A stretch of 41,257 nt of DNA from an uncultured Mageeibacillus sp. (GTDB taxonomy: Bacteria > Bacillota > Clostridia > Saccharofermentanales > DTU023). The position numbers were made by a program, and so were the translations under genes. The stretch's first letter is position 1; the number at the start of each line of letters is the position of its first letter. The notes beneath the pieces were generated by a model. That model saw only the letters and a program-made list of their open reading frames with translations. It ran no database searches and was not told the origin of the DNA. Location of the stretch: positions 1 to 41,257 of the forward strand of contig CAZBOM010000001.1 of assembly GCA_964493375.1 (NCBI GenBank), given 5' to 3'. This document shows positions 16,137 to 26,057 of the stretch, one piece after another.

Positions 16137-17314
16137 GAGATGCCTCCTGCGGCTTCTTCTTCCGCCCTTTGCGCTACTATGCGCACGACGGATAGTTGTT
16201 CATCTGACATTTTGCGCCCCAATTGACGCTCGAAAAAATCTGTGAATAAATCGACCGCGCTTTTCTTTGTCAAATCCGCCTTCGATAAAAGTACCCCCTT
16301 AGCCATCTCCTCCGAGCGCTCTCGGTCAAAAAGGAGACGCATAATATAGGGGTAGTATTCTCTTAAACGGTTCATCGGATCGGTGACGGGACCTTGGTCT
16401 GTCAGAGTCACTTCGAGATAGTCCAATCGAGACTTATCTTCGTCTCGCTTCATCACTTCACCTTGCTCTAAAAGTTCTGATAATGTTCCTCGAATACGGC
16501 GCATATCGCGCAATCGCGCCAATGGTTTTTGTCTGATGGTGACAATTTTGTCAGGCGATAAGTCAACGACGAGCGCACCCTTTACATGATTGGCCTCCGA
16601 AAAGGAATACGGTAGCGGCGAGCCTGAGTAATAGACGTGATCGGTACCAACTTGTTGTCTCCCGTGAAGATGCCCGAGCGCAACGTAATCAAATCCCGAA
16701 AAAACGTCGACATTAATTTCGTCCGCTGTGCCGACTTGCAACATCTCCGAATCGGAGCGAAGAAGGTTTGAGCCTTTCGCGATGACGAATTGATGGGCGA
16801 TTATCACATTCATCCCTTCTTTGCGTATCACCGTTGAAAGCGCGGCCTCGACAGCTTCTTCCACCGTCTTGATCTCACGGTCTGGGAAAAAGCGTCGCAC
16901 CATTCCGGCTCGAATAAAGGGCATAAGGTGGAAATTTGTCTTATATCCATCCTCGTCGCAGACCACTTCGACGCACGGAACAGATCCGTCAAAAACGCCT
17001 GCGATATGAATGTTATGTTTCTCAAGAAAAGATCGTCCAAACGACAAACGCTCACCTGAATCGTGGTTGCCGGCGACGATGAGAATCGGTATCGAGAGAT
17101 TTGACAATTGAATGAGAAAGTTCTCGAACAAATCGATCGCTTCAACCGAGGGGATCGCTTTGTCGTAAATATCGCCCGCTATGACGATCGCATTTGGCTT
17201 TTCAAGTCGGCACAATTCGACGATAGAATCGAGCATAACTTGCTGATCGTCCACCATTGAGAATTCGTGCACTCGCTTCCCAAGATGCAGATCAGAGACG
17301 TGAATAAATCGCAC
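16133..17314 (-). CDS. sbcD: Exonuclease SbcD (Mre11-type metallophosphoesterase)
   Basis: 393 aa, with MRFIHVSDLHLGK, AGDIYD, GNHD and GHLHG motifs. The GTG start is preceded by a GGAGAA SD that lies in the tail of the patatin gene. Confidence 0.9.
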   Translation of the reverse strand: MRFIHVSDLHLGKRVHEFSMVDDQQVMLDSIVELCRLEKPNAIVIAGDIYDKAIPSVEAIDLFENFLIQLSNLSIPILIVAGNHDSGERLSFGRSFLEKHNIHIAGVFDGSVPCVEVVCDEDGYKTNFHLMPFIRAGMVRRFFPDREIKTVEEAVEAALSTVIRKEGMNVIIAHQFVIAKGSNLLRSDSEMLQVGTADEINVDVFSGFDYVALGHLHGRQQVGTDHVYYSGSPLPYSFSEANHVKGALVVDLSPDKIVTIRQKPLARLRDMRRIRGTLSELLEQGEVMKRDEDKSRLDYLEVTLTDQGPVTDPMNRLREYYPYIMRLLFDRERSEEMAKGVLLSKADLTKKSAVDLFTDFFERQLGRKMSDEQLSVVRIVAQRAEEEAAGGIS

Positions 17315-17316
17315 GG

Positions 17317-18234
17317 CTATTTCTCCATTTCCAGAAATTCCAAGAGCTTTGGTAATTCCCTGTAGGCCTGCTCATGCCCCAAGAGATACTGTTTAAGAAG
17401 CTTATACTCATCTCGATTGACGAGCGTTACATCGAGATTTTCAGGATAGAAAACGTAGGCTCTCCCTTCGCGCTCCAATGCCTCAATCTGTTCTAAGGTT
17501 TTGTTGTATCTTATATACCTTGTCATAAAGGCTTCTGCTTCAATGGGTCGATTGTTGAGAACGGCGTCGACAATTTTTAATCGGATCGGAGGCGACAATC
17601 GAAAACCTCGTTCGCGCGTCAGCACGAATACAAAGCGTTTATACCCGTCGTTCATGGCCGCCTCGAGAGGGATGCCTGAACCGAGCCCGCCATCGACATA
17701 AAACTCATCTTCAATTTTCGTCACGGGCATTAAATACGGAACGGTCGATGAAGCGCGAACGCGGAGAATCAAGTCATCGATCGACTGATAGTCCTCGCGA
17801 TGCCAATATACCATTTCACCTACATCTCGCTTAAACGCGCCGATCACGCATTCCGCGTCGTTGCGACAAAAAGCGTCATAATCGTAAGGCATGGCGCCTT
17901 CAGGGCGCGCTGACTCTGAATAGATATATTCGGAATTAAAAAACCCTTCGCCTTTCAGCCATGATTTCAAGTCTCCAAAGGATGGATCTGACGCGAACTC
18001 CGTAAAACTTCTCCGCGTCCTCTCCATATCTCTCGACAAATAGTTCACGGCGAGAGATGATCCGGCAGAAATACCGGCGACATAATTAAAGTACAATTTT
18101 TGCTCGAGCAACATCGTCGCGAAGCCGGATGTATAGCTCACGCGCATGCCGCCACCTTCAAAGATTAAGGCCGTATCGTGGATGTTACTTAAAAGCGATT
18201 TAACCTGTGACATAATAATCAACGCTCTATTCAA
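17317..18234 (-). CDS. Patatin-like phospholipase family protein
   Basis: 305 aa, with an oxyanion GGGMR, the nucleophile motif GISAG (GxSxG) and the catalytic Asp motif DGGL. The start is ambiguous: TTG at 18234 or ATG at 18213. Confidence 0.8.
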   Translation of the reverse strand: MNRALIIMSQVKSLLSNIHDTALIFEGGGMRVSYTSGFATMLLEQKLYFNYVAGISAGSSLAVNYLSRDMERTRRSFTEFASDPSFGDLKSWLKGEGFFNSEYIYSESARPEGAMPYDYDAFCRNDAECVIGAFKRDVGEMVYWHREDYQSIDDLILRVRASSTVPYLMPVTKIEDEFYVDGGLGSGIPLEAAMNDGYKRFVFVLTRERGFRLSPPIRLKIVDAVLNNRPIEAEAFMTRYIRYNKTLEQIEALEREGRAYVFYPENLDVTLVNRDEYKLLKQYLLGHEQAYRELPKLLEFLEMEK

Positions 18235-18423
18235 TAAACTCTTCTATCTGAATGCGTTTTACAACACATTTTTATAAACAGAATGATCAACACGTCATTT
18301 ACGGCGTGTGATTCTATGATAACGCTAACCGTTCGATTCGTCAGTTCCCACTTCAGCTTTTCCCGGTAAGAAAACGCGCCGTTTTTCCTAACCTTTTTCT
18401 AGCGACTTATTTCATTTAGTTCA

Positions 18424-18948
18424 TCAGCATTTCCAAGCGACAAAATAGAGATACCAAAGAGCGGAAATTAGAATCGAAATGGTGATAATTAAAGTGATCC
18501 ATCTCCATCGCGACATCGCCTCTGACTGCACGACAATGCCATCCTTTCGACTCTTAAACAAACTGATCTCTCTGTCGTTTCGGTTGTGCCATACTCTGAC
18601 AAAGCAGAGGAGACGGTAGTAAGGGATCCCAAAACCGTAAGCGTGACGCCATACGTATAATGCTCTCATTGACGATTGCTTCATGTTAAGTTTTCCTTGT
18701 CTAGAATGAACGACGGATAAACCAAGAAGTTTTTTCCCAATCGTTGTCCCACACCATACGATGAAAACGACTTCACTTAGGAACATCAAAATAATGGCGA
18801 CAAATTGATCGACTAATATTCTCGCGAGATCTCTATTCGCAGTCCCTTTCAATAAATAGAGATAGAGAAAATTCCAGAAAACAAGCCACATAGAAAAATC
18901 GATCAAACGCGCGAATGCCCTTCGTAAAAGATGGTTCACCATGCTCAT
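18424..18948 (-). CDS. RDD-family membrane protein
   Basis: 174 aa. The N-terminal RRAFARLIDFSMW is RDD-type, and there are 3-4 hydrophobic helices. Confidence 0.6.
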   Translation of the reverse strand: MSMVNHLLRRAFARLIDFSMWLVFWNFLYLYLLKGTANRDLARILVDQFVAIILMFLSEVVFIVWCGTTIGKKLLGLSVVHSRQGKLNMKQSSMRALYVWRHAYGFGIPYYRLLCFVRVWHNRNDREISLFKSRKDGIVVQSEAMSRWRWITLIITISILISALWYLYFVAWKC

Positions 18949-19152
18949 ATCAACCCTTCATCTCTATTGCCAACCGATATTAAGCGTAACCACTTTTTTC
19001 TCCGCGACATACGATCTTCTGATTCCAAATCAGTCGAGGCGAGTCAATTTGAAAGTTCAGCCTTTAGGTTGGCATTTTTTATGATGAGTTCAGCTTCGAT
19101 GTGGTAAAATGCAAACACTTGCCACGGTTCACTCGGAGGCTTTTTTGTGTGC

Positions 19153-19181
19153 TTATCGATGAATGGTGAACGATGTTAAAT
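19153..19181 (+). promoter_or_regulatory. Candidate sigma-A promoter of aspS-gatAB (TTATCG-17 nt-TGtTTAAAT)
   Basis: -35 at 19153-19158, a 17-nt spacer, and an extended -10 with TG at 19174-19175 and the hexamer at 19176-19181. Both hexamers match the consensus only weakly. Confidence 0.25.
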
Positions 19182-19221
19182 AATGATGTAAAACACAAAA
19201 TTGATCATTGGACGACAACAT

Positions 19222-21312
19222 ATGAAACGAACTAATTATTGCGGACTTTTTTCAGAGCAGGACGTCGGGAAACAGACGACAGCCTGCGGTTGGGTTGAGA
19301 CGAAACGCGATATGGGCGGCGTGATCTTCATTGATCTCGTCGACCGCGAAGGCGTACTTCAGATCGTCTTCAATCCGGCGTATACAGATCCTGAAGCATT
19401 TGCTCTCGCCGAGCGCGTCAGAAATCAATCAACACTTTTGGTTGAAGGGACGATGTTCCTCCGCGATGAGGAGACGGTCAACCCGAAGATCGCGACGGGA
19501 ACGGTTGAATTGCGTGTGACGCGAGCCGATCTACTTTCCACTTGTGGCGATCTCCCCTTTAACCCCGCCGAAGCGGACGATGTGAGAGAGGACTTGCGCC
19601 TGCGTTATCGTTATCTCGATTTGAGACGCAAGCGTCTGCGCGATAATATCCGCTTTCGTCATCGCGTCACATCGGCCATTCGTCGATTCATGGATGGCGA
19701 AGGGTTTGTCGATATCGAGACACCGATTCTGACGAAGAGCACCCCGGAAGGCGCGCGCGACTATCTCGTTCCGAGCCGTGTCCACCCCGGTTCTTTCTAC
19801 GCTCTGCCGCAGTCTCCGCAAATATTCAAACAACTTCTGATGGTGTCGGGATTCGATCGCTATTACCAGATCGCGCGTTGCTTCCGCGACGAAGATCTTC
19901 GAGCCGACCGACAACCTGAATTCACACAGCTCGACTTGGAAATGTCTTTCATCGAGATGGAAGATATTCTCTCAACACTCGAGAACTTATTCCGATCTGT
20001 TATGGCGGAAGTAAAAGGCATCGAATTTGATGAACCTTTCCCGCGCTTCACTTGGGCTGAGGCGATGGATCTCTACGGCAGTGACAAACCTGATCTGCGC
20101 TTTGACCTGCCTATCGTCGATATCACCGATATTGCGGCGACATCGGGATTCTCTGTGTTTACTAAAGTAGTCGAAGCCGGCGGTGTCGTTCGCGCCATCA
20201 ACGTGCCGGGACAATCCGACTTCACACGCGCCACCATTAATGAACTGACGGATTTCGCGATTTCCGAAGGTGCCGGCGGCATGGCGTGGATCGCTTGGCG
20301 TCCATCGGGTGAAATCTACTCCATTTTGACAAAATTCGTCGATGAGAAAAACATGCTTGCACTGCTTGAGCGCGTCGGTGCCAAGCCGGGCGATTTCGTT
20401 TTATTCTCAGCCGATAAACTCGATGTCGTCCGCCGCGTCTCCGGTGCGCTTCGACTCCGACTCGGTGAGATGCTGGGACTTCGCGATCCGAACAAATTCG
20501 CCTTCGCAATCGTCACTGAATTCCCCATGTTCGAATTCAATGAAGAAGAAGGACGATATACGGCGCAACACCACCCATTCACCATGCCGTTCGAGGAAGA
20601 TCTCGATTATCTCGTTTCCGATCCGCCGCGCGTTCGATCACAAGCTTATGATTTCGTTTTGAACGGAACAGAGCTCGGATCAGGTAGCATTCGTATACAC
20701 CGCGGCGACATCCAACGACGCGTTTTCCAAGCGTTGGGACTCGGCGAGAAAGATATTGAGGAACGCTTTGGCTTCATGATCAACGCGTTTGCTTATGGCG
20801 CGCCACCGCACGGCGGGTTTGCGTTCGGACTTGACAGACTCGTCATGATTCTCGCGGGCGAGCAATCACTCCGCGATGTCATCGCATTCCCGAAAATACG
20901 CGATGCCTCTTGCCCGATGACGGAAGCGCCGACACCTGTCGCCGATGACCAGCTTGAAGCGCTCGGCATCCGCCTCGTCGATTCCGTGCGATCGGAGATG
21001 GGACGTCCCGTCAGCCGGGAAGAAAAACGGCGGACGGAACTCGATATCAAACGATTAACCGGTGATTCCCGCCTCATTTTATCCGCGGAAGAAGAAGACG
21101 GTATGCGCGACAGCTTGCTCGAACTGATTTCTTTTGCCGATGCGCTCCACGAGATTGATACAGAGGGAGTTGACCCTACCTTCACTTCTTCTGAAGCACA
21201 TGATGTCTGGCTCACACCGCGCGATGATCGCGCGTTATCGGCAGAGGACGCGCTCGCCAACGCGCCGGACTCTCGAGAGCCGTTCTTTTTCGTGCCGCCC
21301 GTCGTTGAGTGA
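19222..21312 (+). CDS. aspS: Aspartate--tRNA ligase (bacterial type with GAD insertion) fused in frame to a C-terminal GatC domain
   Basis: The track ORF starts at a TTG (19201), but the canonical AspRS N-terminus MKRTNYCG begins at the ATG at 19222. Class II motifs are present (FRDEDLRADRQPEFTQLD, GSGSIRIH, GLDRLVM). The protein is about 110 aa longer than a typical bacterial AspRS, and the tail aligns with GatC (see next feature). Confidence 0.9.
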   Translation: MKRTNYCGLFSEQDVGKQTTACGWVETKRDMGGVIFIDLVDREGVLQIVFNPAYTDPEAFALAERVRNQSTLLVEGTMFLRDEETVNPKIATGTVELRVTRADLLSTCGDLPFNPAEADDVREDLRLRYRYLDLRRKRLRDNIRFRHRVTSAIRRFMDGEGFVDIETPILTKSTPEGARDYLVPSRVHPGSFYALPQSPQIFKQLLMVSGFDRYYQIARCFRDEDLRADRQPEFTQLDLEMSFIEMEDILSTLENLFRSVMAEVKGIEFDEPFPRFTWAEAMDLYGSDKPDLRFDLPIVDITDIAATSGFSVFTKVVEAGGVVRAINVPGQSDFTRATINELTDFAISEGAGGMAWIAWRPSGEIYSILTKFVDEKNMLALLERVGAKPGDFVLFSADKLDVVRRVSGALRLRLGEMLGLRDPNKFAFAIVTEFPMFEFNEEEGRYTAQHHPFTMPFEEDLDYLVSDPPRVRSQAYDFVLNGTELGSGSIRIHRGDIQRRVFQALGLGEKDIEERFGFMINAFAYGAPPHGGFAFGLDRLVMILAGEQSLRDVIAFPKIRDASCPMTEAPTPVADDQLEALGIRLVDSVRSEMGRPVSREEKRRTELDIKRLTGDSRLILSAEEEDGMRDSLLELISFADALHEIDTEGVDPTFTSSEAHDVWLTPRDDRALSAEDALANAPDSREPFFFVPPVVE
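21037..21309 (+). other. gatC: GatC-homologous domain forming the C-terminus of the AspRS polypeptide
   Basis: ELDIKRLTGDSRLILSAEEEDGMRDSLLELISFADALHEIDTEGVDPTF...SAEDALANAPDSREPFFFVPPVVE aligns along its full length with B. subtilis GatC (recalled sequence ...[41 protein letters not shown]...[20 protein letters not shown]). There is no stop codon between the AspRS core and this domain. Confidence 0.8.
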
Positions 21313-21326
21313 GAAGGGAAACTGAG

Positions 21327-22799
21327 ATGGACTATCAAACAATGCAATTGAAACAATTGGCGGAAGGATTACGAGCACGCGAATTTTCTTCGAGAGAACT
21401 CACGGAATCTGTCTTTGCGACCATTGAAAAAAACGACCCGACCATAGGCGCTTATATCACACTGACGCGCGATTATGCTCTAAAGCAGGCCGATCGAGTC
21501 GATGAGCTTCTGGCTGAGGGGTTGGCACTCCCCGCTCTCGCCGGTATTCCCGGAGCACTCAAAGATAACATCGCGACTTCGGGAATCCGAACAACCAACG
21601 CTTCAAAGATGCTCGCCGATTTCATTCCGCCTTATGACGCGTTCGTTTGGAGACTGCTCCGACAACAAGAAATGGTGCTCTTGGGCAAACTCAATATGGA
21701 TGAGTTCGCCATGGGACATTCGACGGAAACGTCGGCGTTTCATCTGACTCGCAACCCGTATGACACGACGCGCGTACCCGGTGGCAGCTCCGGTGGCTCG
21801 GCGGCGGCCGTCGCATCGGGCGAAGCTTTTTTTGCTCTCGGCTCCGATACGGGTGGATCGATACGACAACCGGCCTCTCTCTGTGGGATCGTTGGGATGC
21901 GCCCTACTTACGGTCTCGTCTCGAGGCGCGGCGTGACGACATTCTCTTCTTCTCTCGATCAAGTCGGTCCCATGACGAGAAGCGTTCGCGACAACGCCTT
22001 ATTGCTCGACACGATTGCCTTTTTCGACTACAAGGACGCGCAGATGGTCAAGCGACCGGACGGCTCTTATGTCGAGGCGATTGAGAAGCCTCTCGGTCAA
22101 CCTGTGATCGGCTGGCCTCAATCATATTTTGAAACAGACGATTTGCTCGATGAAGTCAAAGAACAACTTGAAAAAGCGCGCGACTTTTACGAATCGATCG
22201 GCACCCGTATTGTTCCGATTGATCTCAAAACACTTGACGCCTGCATGGCCGGCTATTACATCATCTCGAGCGCCGAAGGCTATTCAAGTATGAACCGCTA
22301 CGATGGCATCCACTTCGGCTATCGAAGTGATAAGGGCGAGACACTCGAAGAAATCTATGTTCATTCGCGCTCGGAAGGTCTCGGCGCCGAAGTCAAACGT
22401 CGTATCCTGTTAGGTTGCTTCGCGCTCTCACAGGAAAATTTCGACGACTATTTCTTAAAGGCGGCAAAAGCCCGCACCATCGTCATCCGCGAATTCGAAG
22501 AGATCTTTGAGACTTGCGACGCGATCCTCACGCCTGTCACGGCGACACCGGCATGGCCTCTCGGCACACACCCGGAAGATTTGGGGGGCAACAAATACAG
22601 CAACGATCGCTTCACCTTGCCACCATCACTCACCGGCATGCCGGCGCTGGCGATTCCCGCAGGATTGACGAAAGAAGGTCTTCCTGTCGGAATGCAACTG
22701 ATAGGACCGCGCTTTTCAGAAGGCATGCTCTATAAACTCGCAGCCGCTTTTGAAGACGCGCACGGGTTATTACCCCTGCCAACGGAGGTGAAAGCATGA
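21327..22799 (+). CDS. gatA: Asp-tRNA(Asn)/Glu-tRNA(Gln) amidotransferase subunit A
   Basis: It carries the amidase signature [12 protein letters not shown]...[12 protein letters not shown]. The ATG at 21327 lies 14 nt after the aspS stop and has an AAGGGA SD; the track ORF begins upstream at 21309. Confidence 0.9.
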   Translation: MDYQTMQLKQLAEGLRAREFSSRELTESVFATIEKNDPTIGAYITLTRDYALKQADRVDELLAEGLALPALAGIPGALKDNIATSGIRTTNASKMLADFIPPYDAFVWRLLRQQEMVLLGKLNMDEFAMGHSTETSAFHLTRNPYDTTRVPGGSSGGSAAAVASGEAFFALGSDTGGSIRQPASLCGIVGMRPTYGLVSRRGVTTFSSSLDQVGPMTRSVRDNALLLDTIAFFDYKDAQMVKRPDGSYVEAIEKPLGQPVIGWPQSYFETDDLLDEVKEQLEKARDFYESIGTRIVPIDLKTLDACMAGYYIISSAEGYSSMNRYDGIHFGYRSDKGETLEEIYVHSRSEGLGAEVKRRILLGCFALSQENFDDYFLKAAKARTIVIREFEEIFETCDAILTPVTATPAWPLGTHPEDLGGNKYSNDRFTLPPSLTGMPALAIPAGLTKEGLPVGMQLIGPRFSEGMLYKLAAAFEDAHGLLPLPTEVKA

Positions 22800-24253
22800 G
22801 TATCCACGATTATGAAAGTGTGATCGGCCTCGAAGTTCACGTCGAGTTGAATACAAAACATAAAGCCTTTTGCGAATGTTCGACAACCTTTGGAGCACCT
22901 CCTAATTCACAAGTATGTCCTGTTTGTCTCGCGATGCCCGGAGCGCTCCCCGTTCTGAATCGCGAAGTCGTCGATTTTGCCATTATGGCCGGTTTGGCAA
23001 CACACTGCACGATCGAACCGACCTCGCGCTTCGATCGCAAGAATTATTTCTACCCGGACCTTCCGAAGGCATACCAGACGACACAGAATGACTATCCCAT
23101 TTGCACGAACGGTTATGTCGATGTGGCGAGCAGTGATTGCCAAGAAAATGATTCCGAGGGTTGTGTCGCCGGTATGCGACGCATCAGAATCTCGCAAATC
23201 CATATGGAAGAAGACGCCGGCAAACTGATTCACCACACCGACGGGACAGAGATCGATTGCAATCGTTGCGGTGTGCCTCTGCTCGAGATTGTCTCCGAAC
23301 CCGATGCGCGCTCAGCCGAAGAAGCCGTCGCCTATCTTCGCAAATTGAGAGCGATGGTTCGCTATACCGGTATTTCCGATGGCAAGATGAACGAAGGATC
23401 GCTTCGATGCGATGTCAACTTGTCGATTCGCAAAAAAGGTGAATCAACTTACGGGACGCGCGTCGAGATCAAAAACATCAACTCCTTTAACTTTGTCGCT
23501 CGAGCCATTGAAAGCGAATTCAAACGTCAAGTCGAGCTCCTCGAAGAAGGCGAAAGAATCGTCCAAGAGACTCGTCGATTCGATGAAAAGACAGGCCAAA
23601 CGTATTCGATGCGGTCGAAAGAAAACGCCGCCGATTACAGATACTTCCCCGACCCCGATCTCGTTCCCGTCCGCGTCACAGACGAAGAGATTGAAGCCAT
23701 TCGAAAGACGATCCCGCGCATGGCGGACGAGCGACGAGCCATCTACACCGACACTTATGAACTGACACCTTACGAAGCGGAGCGTCTGACAGAAGACAAG
23801 GAGATGAGCGATTTCTTCGAAAAAGCCGTCACGCACACGAGCTACCCGAAAACGCTCGTCAACCTCATCCTCGCCGATATCTCGCCTCTCTTCACTGAAG
23901 ATACGGTCGAGATCCCGGTCAACCCCGCAAGCTTAGGCGCGCTGGCTGACCTGCTCGGACAAGATGAGATCAACAGCAATACGGGCCGTCGCATCTTAAA
24001 ATCTCTCTTAGAGAAAGATTTCGATCCCAAGGATTACGTGCGAGAGCACAATCTCGCCCAGATCAACGATCGCGATGCTTTACAACCGGCCGTTCAAGCC
24101 GCCATCGCCGCTCATGAGCGTGCCGTCAAAGATTATCTCGGCGGCAAAGAAGCGGCTCTTCGAGCGGTCATCGGTTTTGTCATGAAAGAGACGCAAGGCC
24201 GAGCTAACCCCGTTCTCGTCGAAGCGATGATCCGCGAAGCCATCTCGAAATGA
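22796..24253 (+). CDS. gatB: Asp-tRNA(Asn)/Glu-tRNA(Gln) amidotransferase subunit B
   Basis: 485 aa, with IGLEVHVELNT, CPVCLAMPGALPVLN and HMEEDAGKL. An ATGA overlap joins it to gatA. Confidence 0.9.
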   Translation: MSIHDYESVIGLEVHVELNTKHKAFCECSTTFGAPPNSQVCPVCLAMPGALPVLNREVVDFAIMAGLATHCTIEPTSRFDRKNYFYPDLPKAYQTTQNDYPICTNGYVDVASSDCQENDSEGCVAGMRRIRISQIHMEEDAGKLIHHTDGTEIDCNRCGVPLLEIVSEPDARSAEEAVAYLRKLRAMVRYTGISDGKMNEGSLRCDVNLSIRKKGESTYGTRVEIKNINSFNFVARAIESEFKRQVELLEEGERIVQETRRFDEKTGQTYSMRSKENAADYRYFPDPDLVPVRVTDEEIEAIRKTIPRMADERRAIYTDTYELTPYEAERLTEDKEMSDFFEKAVTHTSYPKTLVNLILADISPLFTEDTVEIPVNPASLGALADLLGQDEINSNTGRRILKSLLEKDFDPKDYVREHNLAQINDRDALQPAVQAAIAAHERAVKDYLGGKEAALRAVIGFVMKETQGRANPVLVEAMIREAISK

Positions 24254-24290
24254 TGATCTCTGTTTAATTTAACGGTGCGAATAAACAATA

Positions 24291-24322
24291 GAGGGCATCT
24301 CAGAAGAGATGTCCTCTTTTTG
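24291..24322 (+). terminator. Rho-independent terminator after gatB
   Basis: 11-bp stem gagggcatctc / gagatgtcctc (one G-U pair), loop agaa, then TTTTT. Confidence 0.7.
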
Positions 24323-24437
24323 ATGGTCGCATATGTGGCTGATACGGAGACAGTCAATGGTTCTCAAAGAGACGCATTCATGACAAGCGGCTGAAAACTG
24401 AGAAAGCCTGCCAAAGAATTGCGACGGCAAAAAATGC

Positions 24438-25175
24438 TTATCTTTGTAGCACTTTCGCGAGAAATTCACGGCAACGAGGTGTCTTCGGATTTCCGAATAC
24501 TTCATCCGGTGTGCCCTCTTCGGCGATGACACCTTGGTCGATAAAGAGCACTCTTGTCGCGACTTCTTGGGCGAACCCCATCTCGTGAGTCGCGACGATC
24601 ATTGTCAAGCCACTTGCGGCCAGCTTCTTCATGACATCGAGCACTTCGCCGATCATCTCGGGATCCAAAGAAGACGTCGGCTCGTCGAAGAGCATGATCG
24701 ACGGGTTCATCGCCAAAGCTCGCGCGATGGCAACGCGCTGCTTTTGACCGCCGGAAAGACGCGACGGATACTCATCGATTTTATCGGCAAGCCCGACGCG
24801 TCGCAGAAGTTCCAGTGCGCGATGATCCAACTCTGTGGAGGCAGTCCGATGAACGGCCCGCGGCGCGAGGGTGATATTTTGTCTAACGGTGAGATGAGGA
24901 AACAGATTGAATTGTTGGAAGACCATTCCCATTTCTTGTCTGATTCGATCGACGGGCGCACCGCGCTCTGTGATCTCTTGTCCGTGGATCGAGATGGTTC
25001 CCGATGTCGGATTCTCTAACAAGTTGATACACCGCAGGAACGTACTTTTGCCTGATCCCGAAGGCCCGATCACCGCCAACACTTCACCTTGCCGGATACT
25101 GGTCGATATGCCTCTTAAAACTTTAAGATCCCCAAATGAGTGTTCTAAATTTTCAACTCGAATCACTTCTTTCAT
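24438..25175 (-). CDS. Polar amino-acid ABC transporter ATP-binding protein (GlnQ/ArtP-like)
   Basis: 245 aa, with Walker [10 protein letters not shown], the signature LSGGQKQR and Walker [12 protein letters not shown]. Confidence 0.9.
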   Translation of the reverse strand: MKEVIRVENLEHSFGDLKVLRGISTSIRQGEVLAVIGPSGSGKSTFLRCINLLENPTSGTISIHGQEITERGAPVDRIRQEMGMVFQQFNLFPHLTVRQNITLAPRAVHRTASTELDHRALELLRRVGLADKIDEYPSRLSGGQKQRVAIARALAMNPSIMLFDEPTSSLDPEMIGEVLDVMKKLAASGLTMIVATHEMGFAQEVATRVLFIDQGVIAEEGTPDEVFGNPKTPRCREFLAKVLQR

Positions 25176-25999
25176 CTCGATTTTGCCGCCTTTCGATCAC
25201 CTCTCGCTAAAAAACGCTCCAGTTTGTGCATCAGCCATGTCAAAATCATGACGATCAGCAGGTAGATGAAAGCGACAGCCAAGAGGGGCGTCGCCGCATC
25301 ATACGTCGCATCTTTGATGTTTAACCCTGCGCGTGTCAAATCATTGAGAGCGATATAGCCTGCGACTGAGGTTTCTTTTAACAAGGTGATCAGTTCGTTA
25401 AAAAGGGCGGGGAGGATGTTCTTGATAGCTTGAGGAAGAATGATCATTCGCATCGTTTTTGCATAAGAAAGGCCGAGCGCGCGCCCTGCTTCCATTTGCC
25501 CGATATCGATTGACTCAATTCCGGCTCGGAAGATTTCGGCCACATAGGCGCCTGAGTTGATCCCGAAAGCGATGCCTGCCGCCAAAAGCTTGCTGACGCC
25601 GGGATAGTTTTGGAAGACGACAAAGTAAAGGATAAAGATCTGGATCATCACGGGTGTTCCGCGGATGACCGTGATATACACGTTGGCGATGACACGCAAG
25701 GCGCGAATCCGAGCCCCCGCTCTGTATAAAACATTGATTAGACTCAAAACTAAACCGATGACGATGCCGAGAGCGGAGGCCATCAAGGTCATTAAAACAG
25801 TATTGCGCAACCCTTCAATCAACCACAAATACCGATTTTGACGAACAAAGTTGTCATAACATTTGTCGAGGAAGGTTTGCCACTGATCGGGAGCAAACAC
25901 TCCTGACCGCCATAGGAGGATGACGATCAGAATCATCAGCACCCAGAGTGAGTAATCGGCACGGCTTTTTCTTTGATTTCTGTCGATCCGTATTTTCAT
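25172..25999 (-). CDS. Polar amino-acid ABC transporter permease (His/Glu/Gln/Arg/opine family)
   Basis: 275 aa, multi-TM, with an EAA-like loop [22 protein letters not shown]. An ATGA overlap joins it to the ATPase gene. Confidence 0.85.
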   Translation of the reverse strand: MKIRIDRNQRKSRADYSLWVLMILIVILLWRSGVFAPDQWQTFLDKCYDNFVRQNRYLWLIEGLRNTVLMTLMASALGIVIGLVLSLINVLYRAGARIRALRVIANVYITVIRGTPVMIQIFILYFVVFQNYPGVSKLLAAGIAFGINSGAYVAEIFRAGIESIDIGQMEAGRALGLSYAKTMRMIILPQAIKNILPALFNELITLLKETSVAGYIALNDLTRAGLNIKDATYDAATPLLAVAFIYLLIVMILTWLMHKLERFLARGDRKAAKSR

Positions 26000-26057
26000 A
26001 TGCCTAGTTTTGACTTTCTCTTTCCATCATCAACGAAGACAGTTCTTTCATTGCCGA

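Noticed and set aside
12921-17314. SbcC/SbcD pair as an SMC-type anti-phage system (Lamassu/Wadjet-like).
   Set aside because: Sizes and motifs (Walker A/B, CPVCG zinc hook, Mre11 phosphoesterase motifs) match canonical housekeeping SbcCD. There are no extra kleisin or effector genes other than the patatin, which is noted separately.
18949-19221. Possible T-box leader upstream of aspS, since aminoacyl-tRNA synthetase genes in Firmicutes often have one.
   Set aside because: No T-box core (…GGGTGGTACCGCG…) or convincing specifier/antiterminator architecture is visible on the plus strand. There are only weak hairpins and a T-run at 19141-19146.
20793-21356. 187-aa minus-strand ORF antisense to the aspS 3' end. 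Similar long antisense or alternate-frame ORFs occur at 2444-2884, 6035-6520, 9841-10365, 15678-16100, 24534-25019, 27683-28111, 27924-28361, 33229-33714, 34872-35339 and 39186-39668.
   Set aside because: All lie entirely within strongly supported genes on the opposite strand or in another frame. Their composition is low-complexity or R/S-rich, they lack SD sequences, and I recognise no motifs. They are shadow ORFs.
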